Below are positions 48,926 to 62,205 of a stretch of 64,000 nt of DNA, one piece after another. The stretch lies in NCBI GenBank assembly GCA_907165135.1, contig OU015567.1, forward strand, positions 10,912,001-10,976,000. Reading direction: 5' to 3'. Both the position numbers and the translations under genes were made by a program. Below the pieces are notes generated by a model that did no database searches, was not told the DNA's origin, and saw only the letters and a program-made list of their open reading frames with translations. Origin of the DNA: Oikopleura dioica. Taxonomy: Eukaryota; Animalia; Chordata. Numbering within the stretch: position 1 is the first letter of the stretch; the number at the start of each line of letters is the position of its first letter.

Positions 48926-49286
48926 ATGGATTATTCTAGCGGGCACCTTACAAGGGTTACTCGCGACAGCTCCGATGAACTCTTTGAAAGTTCTGGTAAT
49001 GGAGATGATGATGGCCGCGCACTTGAGTTTCGTTCCGAAGGGAAGATATCAGAGATTGTCCTGACCCAGGTTAATACCAACGAAGGCGAAGGTAACTCGA
49101 AATATTGCTTTATCATGAGTAACTGCTCTACTTACAGGAATGACCTTTCTGTTTCTTGGAAGTACGATCGCTTTGATCATCGTTGCACTGGTTATCATCG
49201 CGATTATTGTCTGCGAACTCCGTCGACCCGCTCCTAGTGCGGACGGCCGACGCGACAGCCGCACAGACGCTGTCATCATTGCGTAA
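48926..49286 (+). CDS. Small single-pass membrane protein with an acidic Ser-Gly ectodomain (5' end uncertain)
   Basis: Two exons give DSSDELFESSGNGDDDG...GMTFLFLGSTIALIIVALVIIAIIVCELRRP...TDAVIIA*. Confidence 0.55.
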
Positions 49287-49529
49287 AATCATTCGCCCAT
49301 CAATTCGAAATCAACTATGACGGCCTGTCACAAAGTCCGTTTAACACACATTCCATCTGATTTAATTCTCTAATTGGAGCTGTAGGGAAAGTTCACCAGC
49401 ATTAATATCTCAATATTTATTACTTCACTGCCGGAATATGTTCAAGTTTCTTCAACGTTTGTTTCTTCCAATTTCCGATAAAGGCAACGAAAAGATAAAG
49501 CAACTTTCTCGATTTCGACTTCGTTCAGA

Positions 49530-50404
<875 letters not shown>

Positions 50405-50710
50405 ATTCTGTATAACCACTAGTTTATCTTATTGTATGCTCCTAACTCTTCGATACTGGTCTTAAAAATTTATTCAATAAAAAAAGTCCCAAAAACGATC
50501 CATTCTGTTTTGTATATTTTCTTTTGGTAGACAGGATGAGCGCTCATGCGTTCTATTTATCGAAAAGCTTGAGGGGAATAGTTGACACCCTATTTTTACA
50601 GTAGCTTTGGTGCTAATCCAACTGCGAGGTCACCATAGATTAAAGCTTTTCTGCAGTCCAACTCCCATTTTTGTTGATAACAAAAATCTGAGTAGATTGA
50701 ATCGAGAGGA

Positions 50711-52634
50711 ATGAATCGAAGAGCGCCCAGGAATAAAGTGAGCGTAGTGCTTGGAGCACAATGGGGGGGACGAAGGAAAGGGCAAGCTTGTCGACCTGTT
50801 GGCTGTTGGAATGGACATAACTGCGCGTTGTGCTGGCGGTAATAACGCTGGCCATACTGTCATTTGCGATGGTATCAAGGTAAATGGTGGAGAAGATCCT
50901 TATTCGTTAGTTAAAATCAACTTTCACATGCAGTTTCTTTTCAGCGTAAATTTTTAATTGCCATTAAACTTGCACTTTTGGCTCGACCGCTGTATAAAGC
51001 CAATCTTGAGACCATATTTTTACAGTAAATTTTAGTATGACTTCCATCTCCTACCGAGTGGAATCACGCACGAAAAAAAGTAAAGCATTGATGGGCCCTG
51101 GAATGGTGATTCACTTACCCGGTCTTTTTGCCGAAATCGAAAGCAACGTCGAAAAGGGATTGAAAGGATGGGAAGATAGACTACTCATCTCCGATCGCGC
51201 CCACTTGGTCATGGACTATCACCAGGTAAGTCGTCAGAAAACGGTCCATGATCAGAGCTCTTTGCTGAATAACAGGTGGAGTCCAATGATAGCTTTGAAT
51301 TTTGATTCAAAATATCATATTCAGGTTGAAAGTTACTGAAATCATGCAAATCGTTCGGGTGTTAAAAGTCGCTTTCAATTTTTCACCATTCTAAGGCGCT
51401 GGACGCCGGGAACGAGACGAGGAAGGGAAAAGAGGCGATTGGAACTACAAAGAAAGGCATTGGCCCAACTTACGCTAATAAGGCGAGCAGAACTGGCGTG
51501 AGGGTTGGCGATCTGGTTAACAATTTTGAGGTATATTCGGTCTTTGTATGAAAAGAGCCCTATAAGTTGAAATATTAGGGCTTTGTTGATCGATTCCGAG
51601 CGGGAGCTCAAGTTGCGATGCTCAACTTACCTGGACTCGATATTGATATTGAATCGGAAATCGCTCGATACAAGGAATACGCGGAGAAAATTCGCCCACT
51701 TGTGGTGGACTCTGTTTCATGGCTTACTGGTGAGGATACGTACGATTCTGTGCGATCAACGATGGGCATATTCACCTATCACATGCATTAATCACGGGCC
51801 TACCCCAATTTCACGCGTTTACATTATGCTCATTAGAACGAACTCGATCAGCAGAAGAAATCAATATCCTGGTAGAGGGAGCGAACGCAACAATGCTCGA
51901 TCTAGACCACGGAACTTACCCATTTGTCACCTCAAGCTCATGCTCCATTGGCGGCGTCTGCACGGGGCTCGGTTTGCCACCTTGCGCGGTCGGCGACGTT
52001 TTTGGCGTCGCAAAGGCGTATTGTACTCGCGTTGGCGGGGGACCTTTCCCAACCGAGCTGGAAAATGAGGTAAATCAACGAATATATTGCCTAGGCTAAA
52101 GCACTGATTAATCTTTCACTTGATAGATTGGGGAGAAGTTGCAAAAGCAAGGCGGAGAGTTCGGAGTCACTACCGGACGACCAAGACGATGCGGATGGCT
52201 CGATCTTGTTCAACTTGACTACGCAGATCAGATCAATCATTTCACAGCGTTGGCGATAACCAAATTGGATGTCATGGATAACTTTGAGACAGTAAAGGTT
52301 TGCGTTGGCTACAAAAATAGCGGGACCGGAGACAAAGTGACCTGTATGCCCGGGCAGATTAAACAGCTCTCACAAGTGGTGCCAGTTTATGAGGAATTCC
52401 CTGGCTGGATGAGTGATACGACTAAATGTGAAACGGTAAAATGTATTCTTTCAATGCGTTTTCTATCGATCTTTATAGTGGGAAAGTTTACCCGAAAAAG
52501 CAAGAACGTATATCAACTTCCTCGAAAAGTTCCTGAAGATCCCAATTCGATGGATCGGCGTCGGCCCGGCGCGTGAATCCATTATTTTCCGCTCCGGAGA
52601 AGTTTCTTTCGCCAATACTGGTGCCGAGCTCTAA
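50711..52634 (+). CDS. ADSS: Adenylosuccinate synthetase
   Basis: [14 protein letters not shown] (one extra G in 50763-50769), [46 protein letters not shown]. Confidence 0.97.
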
Positions 52635-54639
52635 GCTACTCCTTCCCTTTTGAGATACTTTTATGCGCTTGTACTATCTCTTCATCCTCACTCCTGATCT
52701 CCTCCGATGTCCATTAATTATTGATAGATAGTTCTCCATGTATCAGTTTATACCAATCATCTACTCATTAGTACTCATTCAAACTCAAAAATATACCAAT
52801 TTTGCCAGCTAAGAATTCAATTCATGCCCTTGCTACTTTCGTACTATTTATACTGTACTAAATTTTACGATCTTGAGTACTTTTTAGAATCAAAGTGAAT
52901 CTATACAATCATGTTGAACATGAGCATTCTTCGAAAATATGGAATTCAATAAATAGAATAACAGAATTTTTTTAAAGTTTCTTTGTTATTGACCTCCATT
53001 TCGATTGAAATTGTCTAATTAATGCTTGTTGTCTGTCCTAAAGACTGTCTGTCGTTATAGACATTTTGGCCTGTTATTACTTGATGATCTTGATTTTTCG
53101 CCCTTCATGTTTGACTATTTCGACAACAATTAGGAGCACAGTTGTGTCTTACAAAAATGCCTAAAAGGGCCCTTTTCGTAAGATGCATCCTTCATTCACT
53201 CGAAGGATGAAATAAGGGCGCATGCTTATGCTATAATTTGCATTAAGCTTGCTGCCCTTTGGCCAGTGAATAATGGATGCCGCCGGCTGTTATACAACAG
53301 CAGGCTTCTTCAATCCGCATTTTTGAAAATTTAATTTTTTATTCTCGGACGAATATGAGAAAAGGAAATCTGAGTTTTCCTCCCTAATCTTGGGGCTTAG
53401 AGATTGTTGGATTAGGACGTGCCAGGGAGAATATCTTTTATCGGTAAGCGTATTGCTTACTTGAGATGGAAATCGAATGATTATTTGCTGGTCGTCGTTG
53501 GCGTCGTCCTAGACTCGTCCCTAATAAATAAACGTGATGATTTATGTCCCTTTTAGACGGTGAAATAATTGCTTCATTCTGATTGAACTTATTTTAATAT
53601 ATTACAATAAGAGAGCGGAATCGAAAGGGACGTTGGTATAGTGCGCCACTCTCTGTCTTTTTTCACTCTCTCCCTCTCTTTTCGCCTTACCTTCAAGCCC
53701 CTCATCGTGACGATCCGCGGACGATACACAGAAATAGAGAGAGAGGTCGAGGGAAAAATAATCAATTGAAACCCACAGGTTGAGCCACTGAACCTGGCAA
53801 ATGAAACCTAAATCAAAATGACGAGACTGTCGACAGTGCAAAGAGACGTAAACAGAACCGCAAGAAAAATGTGGCCGAGGGAGTGCGGAGTTTGACATGT
53901 CAAATTAACGGTTTTCGGGTTAATGTTTTGAAAGCGATTATTTATACATTCGGTGAAATGTCAAATTTACGCCTCTGTCGAAATTAAAGTTGGTTATTTT
54001 TGAATTTGTCGATCCCCTAAAGGTGCACTGCTGGTCCAAAAATACCGCTGCATTTGAAGTTTTCACTTTGAATGAGATTCTCCCCAGGATTTTGAGTATC
54101 AATGTCAGTTATAGTTTCAATTCTTTCAATTGCAATCAATAGCGAACAGCAACACAGTTATTTGGTTCGAGTAAGCAGCTTACGGATCATTAATAATGAT
54201 CGGTTCGATGGTGACGCCAGGAGCTTATCTTGTCGCCCTTGTCCAAAACGCCCTTAAAAGTGGATCAGAGTTTGCAAATAATTAATTATCGCAGACTGGC
54301 CTTCTTGCGAGCTTCTGTTATAGCGCGCTCTTTTAGCCGAATCAATAAAGCAAAAGGGGTCTGCAACTGACCAGTCAAAATGTAAATAAATCACATTTGT
54401 GCATTTTGATGATCACTTCTCTTAAAAAAGGAGAAAGGGTCAAACGACAAGTTGGATTTAATTTAATCCGCCTGGCGTGTTTAAATCCACTCTCACTGTT
54501 TGAATATATTTTCATCCTTCTCATCGGATGAGGGAATGATACAGCTCCTGCTTTAGATTGAAATTGAGAGACGGCAGGGGCTCGCGAGTGAATTAAGGAG
54601 TCCTCTCTGACTTGCCCGCATTCGAAAAGGAGCAGAAAG

Positions 54640-55738
54640 ATGGGAAAGGCGAACTCGAAGCTCAAGCCTGAAGTGCTTAATGATCTGCTCAAGAATACAG
54701 AATTTACTGAAAGTGAACTACAAGAATGGTTAGTCTTTTGGTTAATCAAGATCGTCACTAATCATTTATAACAAACGAGCTTTAGCGAAATAGAATGCCC
54801 TAAACAACAAACTATTTAATAAATCATTCACGCGGGCAATTAATCTTTTAGCATCGTCAAACAACTTCTAATTAAGACTAACTATCCCTTTTAGGTATCA
54901 AGGGTTCCTGAAAGACTGTCCCTCGGGTAACCTAACCGTCGACGAGTTCAAGAAAATTTACGGCAACTTTTTTCCGTATGGCGATGCTTCGAAATTCGCG
55001 GAACATGTTTTTCGCACCTTCGATGTCAATGGCGATGGCTCCATTGATTTCCGCGAGTTCATCATTGCCTTGTCAGTGACTTCGAGAGGCATTTTAGATC
55101 AGAAACTAAAGTGGGCGTTTTCAATGTACGATTTGGATGGAAATGGAACCATTAATAGGTAAATTAATTGCGCTTTGTTGTTTTGTCGTGTTGTTGTTTT
55201 AGAGGCTTAATTCTCCAAGAAAAAATTAATTAAAACAGACCTAAGAATCTTGTCTAATCGGTCTGAATGATATCTATTTTTGAAGCTTTCAAAACAAATG
55301 TTCATTAATATATCGTTAACCTCGATCAATAACAGAAAAGGATAATGACGAAAAAGACGTTTCATTCTAAGGCAGTGCATCCATACGAATTTGCTCTAGT
55401 TGAAATTATTTAAACGAATGCAGATAAACTCACTAAAGCTTTCGACTTCACGATTAAAGAAGAAATTGTTTTCCGTCATAAATTAGTGATGATATTTTTT
55501 TAGATCAGAAATGCTAGAAATCGTACAAGCAATTTACAAAATGGTTGGACAGGTCATGAAGATGCCAGATGATGAGTCGACGCCGGAAAAGCGCACTGAC
55601 AAAATCTTCCGTCAGATGGACAAGGACAACGACGGTGAGATAACTCTGGACGAGTTCATCGAAGGAGCCAAGAGCGACCCGTCCATTGTCAGACTACTCC
55701 AGTGCGATCCAGGCGCGCCAACTCAGGGTCAGTCGTAA
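54640..55738 (+). CDS. Neuronal calcium sensor, neurocalcin/hippocalcin-like
   Basis: [13 protein letters not shown] myristoylation motif, EF-hands, [31 protein letters not shown]. The exact paralog cannot be assigned by eye. Confidence 0.93.
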
Positions 55739-56688
55739 CTATTCTGGAATCAAGGAAGAGTTTTACTCGATTCTGTTCCAACCCTTCTTCAAACATTTTT
55801 GCACATTTTGTGCCATACTTTACCAGCAATTAATATTCTATACAGTACGATAGTCCTATATTTATTTCGAAAACATTTTGAATCTGTTTGTACTATTTGA
55901 ATTTTAGTCTTTTTTTCTCTCACTTGAAAACACGCCATACACAAATCGCAAGATCTTTTTAAACATTTCTTTCTCTCACCTTTCCCTTCTTTTCTTTTGT
56001 ATAAAAAATCTACCGTTCTCTTCACATGCTTATATTTTCCTCCTTTTTTTCGCTCATGTTGTCGCTGCAATAAACCGCCCAAGTTGTTTCAAATCTTATC
56101 ATTTTCGTACATGAAGCTATGAATCATAGCCTATGATGCAGTTTTCCGCAGAAATACTAATCACCTTAGTAGGGACCATTAAAGTCAATTATATTTTATC
56201 AATTTTATTTCTAAATTCAATCATATCAGTCGCGATGATTTTTTGGCTTGAATACTTTTGAACTTTAACTCTGAAAAGCGCATGTCACTCTGATTTATTT
56301 TTCGTATGACAATCAAGTGAAAAAAATTTTAAATATTCAAGCTCTGCTTGTACTTAAGTCGACTCTAAAGGTCTTAGAACTTTTAACGGCAAGCATGAAC
56401 ATTTTTTGGGTACTTTTTATCTCCCAAGTTACAGCTCAGTTGGGGTCGTGGGGAGCGATGGACTCTTCAGTTTGTAACCTTCTATGTATTCTAATTATTA
56501 GTGAGCTCTGTCTCTATTTTTTATAGTAGCATTCGCAAAAACGACAAAACTACCTGTACGCCGTACGGAGGCCCCATCCGGAAAATGTGACGAGTACTTG
56601 CGATACATACGCAACCGAGGCGTTCCTGCTGATGATTCTCGATTTATGCACAACTATTTTCTTCGCAAATAAACTATAGCTTGCTAGA

Positions 56689-57434
56689 ATGGCGTCCGAG
56701 ACTTTCTTTAAGCGAGTCTCGCCCAAGTTCGGCGATGTAAAACAAGAAGAGGGTATCCATGTTGAGCAGTTTTTAGCCGCTTGTCGGAGTTACCTTGAGT
56801 TTTATGATCTATTCGGGGGCACTGTCTTTGCTCCCGTCAAGAGTGACGTTTCTGGAAATATTGGAAAGCTGCAGGTAAAGACAAAATACTCCTTGGTGAT
56901 TGAAACTTATTTAAACTAGGGCTGGTATGAGAAAGACAAGTCAAAAAACACTCTTGAGCTTATCCTACAAGTGGAAATAGACGCTAAGAGCACGGAATCA
57001 AAGGGTTCCGCTACCGATGCCCTTCTTTGGCTAAAACGCGGTCTCTGGATGATGGCTCGATTTTTAAGAGGCCTTCTTGATGGTAGTTCAGATTCCTTAA
57101 TGATATCCCTAAAATTGTTTTAGGCGAGAGGGACTCGAACAAAACATTCCAAAAGAGCTATGACCAGACTCTGAAGCCGCATCACAATTGGATGGTGCAG
57201 AAGTTATTCACTGTCGGGTTAAAGATGGTCCCCGACTTTGAGGGATTTGTTGCGCTCATGGCGCCCAAGGATCATCCTGGCGATAAGGTGAGTCACCCAA
57301 GCAGCCTGTCTCCTCACTCTTCCTCTTTAGGAGAAAAGCGTCCTCGAAGACATGGAAATCTACATTGGTGATATGGAGAAGATTCTCATCAAAATCGACC
57401 AGTTCTACACTGAAAAGGCCTCAAGCATCCCTAA
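56689..57434 (+). CDS. GLTP: Glycolipid transfer protein family member
   Basis: FAPVKSDVSGNI, ATDALLWLKRGL, YDQTLKPHHNWMVQ. End 57434 assumes one missing G at 57417; as written the stop is at 57519. Confidence 0.88.
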
Positions 57435-57805
57435 ACATTCTTATCATCTTCATTCAATCCAATCAGAGCCTGTTACAGTACTTTTAATAGTTCAATCTGT
57501 GCAATTATTTACTTCTTGATTATTCTGTGTGCAAATTCACTGATGCGTTATTCTTTATTTATTATGCGGAAAATATAATGTTTACAGCTTTCCTCTTGCA
57601 TAGTTTTCAATTACAAGTATAAAAGAGAGGGGGAGTAAATATAAGAATTTCAGATCACGCTTCGTTTCATTTATACATATCCGTAACAACTCTATATTCT
57701 TCCAAAGTACACTTGGAACGAATCATCTCATAGATAATACCCATAGATATAGGTATATTTCAGCTATTTGAGGCGTAGTATTAATGGAAATATTCTTTTT
57801 AGAAA

Positions 57806-58758
57806 ATGAAAATAAAACGTCGAAAAGTAGCGAAGAAAATTTTGAAAACTTACACATCCCATTTCGGGTTCAGCGAACCGTTTAAGCTTCTTGTAGATGG
57901 AACATTTGCCAAGCGTGCGCTTGATAATAAAGTTCGAATCGACGATCAAGTGAAAAATTATTTCGGAAAGAACATAAAGCTGTTTACGACGGACTGGTAA
58001 GTATTCTACATATCGACTAAAGAGAGACGTCTCGTACAAATCAATAAATACGGCTAATCATCGTCCCGGATCGATAATATTTATACTTTACTAGTTTTGA
58101 ATTTCATTTTCAGCGTGATCAATGAATTGACCATTCTCGGAAAACAGCTCTACGGAGCACTTGTCATTTGTAAGAAGATGGAAGTCTACGATTGTGGCCA
58201 CAAAGGCTCTAGAATGGCAAAAGGCTGTCTCAAACACATTATAGAGAAAGGAAACGAAGATAAATTCTTCATTGCAACGAATGACAAACAGGTTCGAATA
58301 AAATTTGATATTATATAACAGCTAGTAAGAGGTCTTTCTAGGTCTCCTCTTTCGCGAATTCTATCCCTGGTACCCCTCTTGTCTACATCGTTGGCAACAC
58401 GATCGTACTAGACAAGCCATCAGAGAATACTTCAAGAGCAGCAGAAGAAGAGCTCCGATCAGCCACAGATCTGACAAGTCACGAGCAGAAGATCCTCAAG
58501 CAAATCAAAATGGAAGAGAAAAAAGTAGCACCGATTAGGCACAAGAGGAAAGTGGCGAAGGGACCTAACCCACTCAGTATGAAGAAGAAAACGGCGAAGA
58601 AAGATGTAAAGACGGAAGGGAAAGTGGATGAAAATGGCAAAAGTGGCAATAGCGCATCAAAGAAAAGAAGTAAAAAGCGACGAGTGAAGCTGTCAGCTCA
58701 TGCGAAGATGGCCGTGCTGAATAAGATGCAAGAGTTGACTCGTGCCAGTTCTAACTGA
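57806..58758 (+). CDS. UTP23: rRNA-processing PIN-domain protein UTP23
   Basis: MKIKRRK, FGFSEPFKLLVDGTF, CVINELTILG, FFIATND, IPGTPLVYI, KGPNPLSMKKK. Confidence 0.92.
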
Positions 58759-58826
58759 TTCCAACTGTATAAAATCAACGAAGACTACTGCTCTTTTCAG
58801 CGCTAACCCTGTGCATTTTTAGATTT

Positions 58827-59385
58827 ATGAATATTAACGAACATCAGCGACGCATTTTTCCAGCATTTCACGAACTTTCACTGGCTGGCCAGCAGCTTGT
58901 CATCGACAACGACATGTTCGACAACGAGAAGCGTCGGTTCTTATACGACAACGTCGACGAGTTCCGTGACAAGCTTCTGCTCGTGCCGGATTTGACCGAA
59001 AACGACAAGTTCCAGATACATCTCTACGTTTTAAACTTTAATCCAGGTGCCTTCGTTTGAGTATAAACCGGGTCTATTTGCTTATAGATGTTTTGCCGCC
59101 GCAGCAAGTGGACGTTCTGCGGACGCTTATCGACAGGATAAACGTAGAAGACGTTGCGCGCGAAATTAATCCAGACAATCCAAATATAAGAGATGAGCTC
59201 GTCGGATATATGGAAACGATCCATAATTCCCTGCAGCCAACGAATTACTCCGACATCGATATGGTAAGTGCAAACCAATGTTATTATCTTTTAACGTGTG
59301 TTTTCAGAATTTTCACGATCCAAGCATTCTTGACCCGATTGAGTTTAGCATAAACGACTTCCACTTTGGAGGCTCTAATGTGTAA
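58827..59385 (+). CDS. Uncharacterised acidic protein of about 150-160 aa
   Basis: Three exons joined at GT-AG sites; TTTTTAG directly before the ATG; no recognised domain. Confidence 0.65.
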
Positions 59386-59614
59386 AAGTATTTCAACGAA
59401 ACAAGCAAAAACGATGCCAGCTTATATTGTTCCATGTTACTACAATTCTTATTCTTCCTTCTCCTGCCACATACAAATTGACTGTCCTTGACTCTTCATA
59501 TTTTCTTTTACTTCTTCATTGATGCCCTCTCAGAGAGTGCTACTTTTGATGCTACTACATCCTGATGCAAAAATATCAATAAAAACATGTACAGTCTATA
59601 TTTTCATTTGAAGA

Positions 59615-60853
59615 ATGTTGGCAAGTCGAGTACTTCGGCCATATCTCGCCCGTGTCTCGCTTCGAGCTGGAAGTCAAAGGTAAAAAACAGATGATTTGCT
59701 TTCTAATTTATTTCCAAATGAATGCATGTAGCATAAAGGATAATGAAAGCCCAGTAGTTTCGGAGTTATATGTGCATAGTCAGATTGAATTTTTTCATTA
59801 ATTTTGACTTTTTGTCCGAAAATTGAGTAAGGATATCGTAGGATTAGACGGTTTCCGCATATTTGTGGAAAGATAAATACTCGGCCAAGAAATGTCGATG
59901 ACTTTCTTATTTTATTCAGCAAGCACGATGGGCACAGCGTCGTTCCTCTTGAAGAAGCTTACGATGGCACCATGCAGGGCTTTACTGACGATGACGGCAT
60001 GGGGCCCGTTCTTCCACATACTGGTATGGAAATCTATTCAAAAAATGTTGACATCTGCGTTAAAGAGCAGCAACCTGCTCCTCTCGTGCCAAAGGGTGTA
60101 GAGCGGGAACAACTCGCCAATTTCGGTGCTTACATCGCCCAGGTCCTCCCTAAATACGTCCAACTCGTGCAAGTTACTGACCAAAATGAGCTGGAAATCT
60201 GTATCCACCCAGCTGGTATCCGGCCGGTTCACTCATTCCTCAAGGATCACTCTCTTGCTCGCTTTGAGAGCATGTCTGATATGACTGCTGTTGATATTCC
60301 AAACAGGTAATTGTGTCTAAGTACTCTCTCCCTAAATTCTCACTAGACAAAACCGATTCGAATTGGTCTACTGCCTTCTTTCCATGCACTTCAATGCTCG
60401 AATCCGCATCAAGTCGTACACCAATGAGTTGAACCCCGTCGACTCTCTCGCTGCTGATATTCATCCTTCTTGCAACTGGTACGAACGAGAGTGCTGGGAT
60501 ATGTACGGCGTCTACTTCAATGGACACCCTGATCTTAGACGTATTCTTACTGACTATGGCTTCCAGGTTCGAGATTGCACTAAACCTTCGATATTAACCA
60601 TTTGCTTTTATAGGGTCACCCACAGCGAAAAGACTTCCCCTTGACTGGTTATTATGAAGTCCGATACGACGACGATCTGATGCGTGTCGTCCAAGAACCT
60701 CTCGAACTCGCCCAGGAATACCGAAAATTCGACCTCAAGAACCCATGGGAAGTCTTCCCCAACTTCAGAGATGCTTCTGAACTCGAAGACGGATCCGCCG
60801 ATGAAGACAAGAAAAAGAAGAAGAGACGTCGACGAGAGAAAGCTGACGAATAA
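59615..60853 (+). CDS. NDUFS3: Complex I 30 kDa subunit
   Basis: [62 protein letters not shown]. Confidence 0.96.
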
Positions 60854-60973
60854 TTCCGTAAATAGTTCAATTAATTAATTATTATTATTGTGTTCAAGCA
60901 ACGTAAAATACAATTCGAAAAATAGTGAATCCAAATTATGAAATATTAATATATTTCTGAGTTTACGTTGATT

Positions 60974-61950
60974 TTATATGGCAAATATGCAGATCCACAG
61001 AATAACCATGAGGATGCTCAATTGATAATCGTTGGACGAGGACTCTTTATCGAACTGGTTCAATTCGTTGATGATCTTTACCATTTCATCGATACTCTCT
61101 TCGATCTTCGTGTAGTTGACTTGCTTGTATTCTGGTTCCGCAGACCCTTCTTCTGAAGAGAATTATATTTGAGTGAGATGAACAGGAAGACCTGGTGATA
61201 CACAATTGAATGTTTGATTATAGGACCCAATCCAATTCCCTGACGCTCTATCGCAGAACAGTGTTTCGGTGTTGTTCTCAATCGTGTTCAATATCATTCC
61301 ATTAGCGCAGGACACTGTGCAAGTTATATTATCTTCAGCGGAACAGGACAGCGATCCGTAATTTTTCTGAAAAGTTGTTACCAATATTCAAATAATCAAT
61401 ATTACATAGAAAGAAGGAGAAAGCGGGAGGTCCTCACAAGGACTTTTCAAGCAGGATCCCACTTCGTAAAAGAGATTCTGATTGATGTCGAATTCGAAGC
61501 TCGACGGCATCCAGTAGTATTCATCCTCAGTGTCTCCAGATGATTCATCGTCTGTTAAATTCGAGCTGATAGATGGACTGTCGATAGAAAACTTTCTTCG
61601 TTTAGTACAGATTTTGCTCATGGACGAGTAGCTAATAAGCTCCGAAGTAGAAGGAGAAAACCGTGCTCTTGATTTTTGAAGTAGAAAACCTTGCTCGCAA
61701 GAAAGAGTACATTTAGAGTGGAGAAAGAATCTGTGGGAGCAGTAGTACTCGGAGTTGTTCGGAGCGCTTTAAAATAAATGACACTCCTCCACACTAACTC
61801 GCTTAAATTTTTCTACCTTGGAATGTCGCAAAATTCGATCTTCGGAATAAAAATTTCCTCGGAGTCTTCTGAAAGCAGAATCTCAAACACTCTATTGTTT
61901 CGTTGACCGAAAGAACGGTTTAAAAATAACAGAAAGAGAACTTTTTCCAT
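60974..61950 (-). CDS. Cell-surface protein with two sushi/CCP-like modules and a hydrophobic C-terminus (GPI signal or TM)
   Basis: Signal MEKVLFLLFLNRSFG; CTLSCEQGF and CTVSCANGM...CDRASGNW motifs; ends LSILMVILWICIFAI*. Confidence 0.7.
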
Positions 61951-62205
61951 TTTCTCGTGCGAGTGTTTTCAGAAGTTGCGTTGACGATGGCTTTGATGTA
62001 TGATTTCGAGTTTCAACACATAATAATTCTTGCAAAGATTAGCCTTGAACTAGCTTGCTAGTATTCTTCTTGTTTCGCAACAATAACACAGTAATCAAGT
62101 CTTTTTACATATATTTTATTTTTATATTGGTTGAACTTTCCAGACAAATTATTTACAAACCTTCAATATAGAAGGAGGCCATGATATAGCATCACGAAAA
62201 AATAA

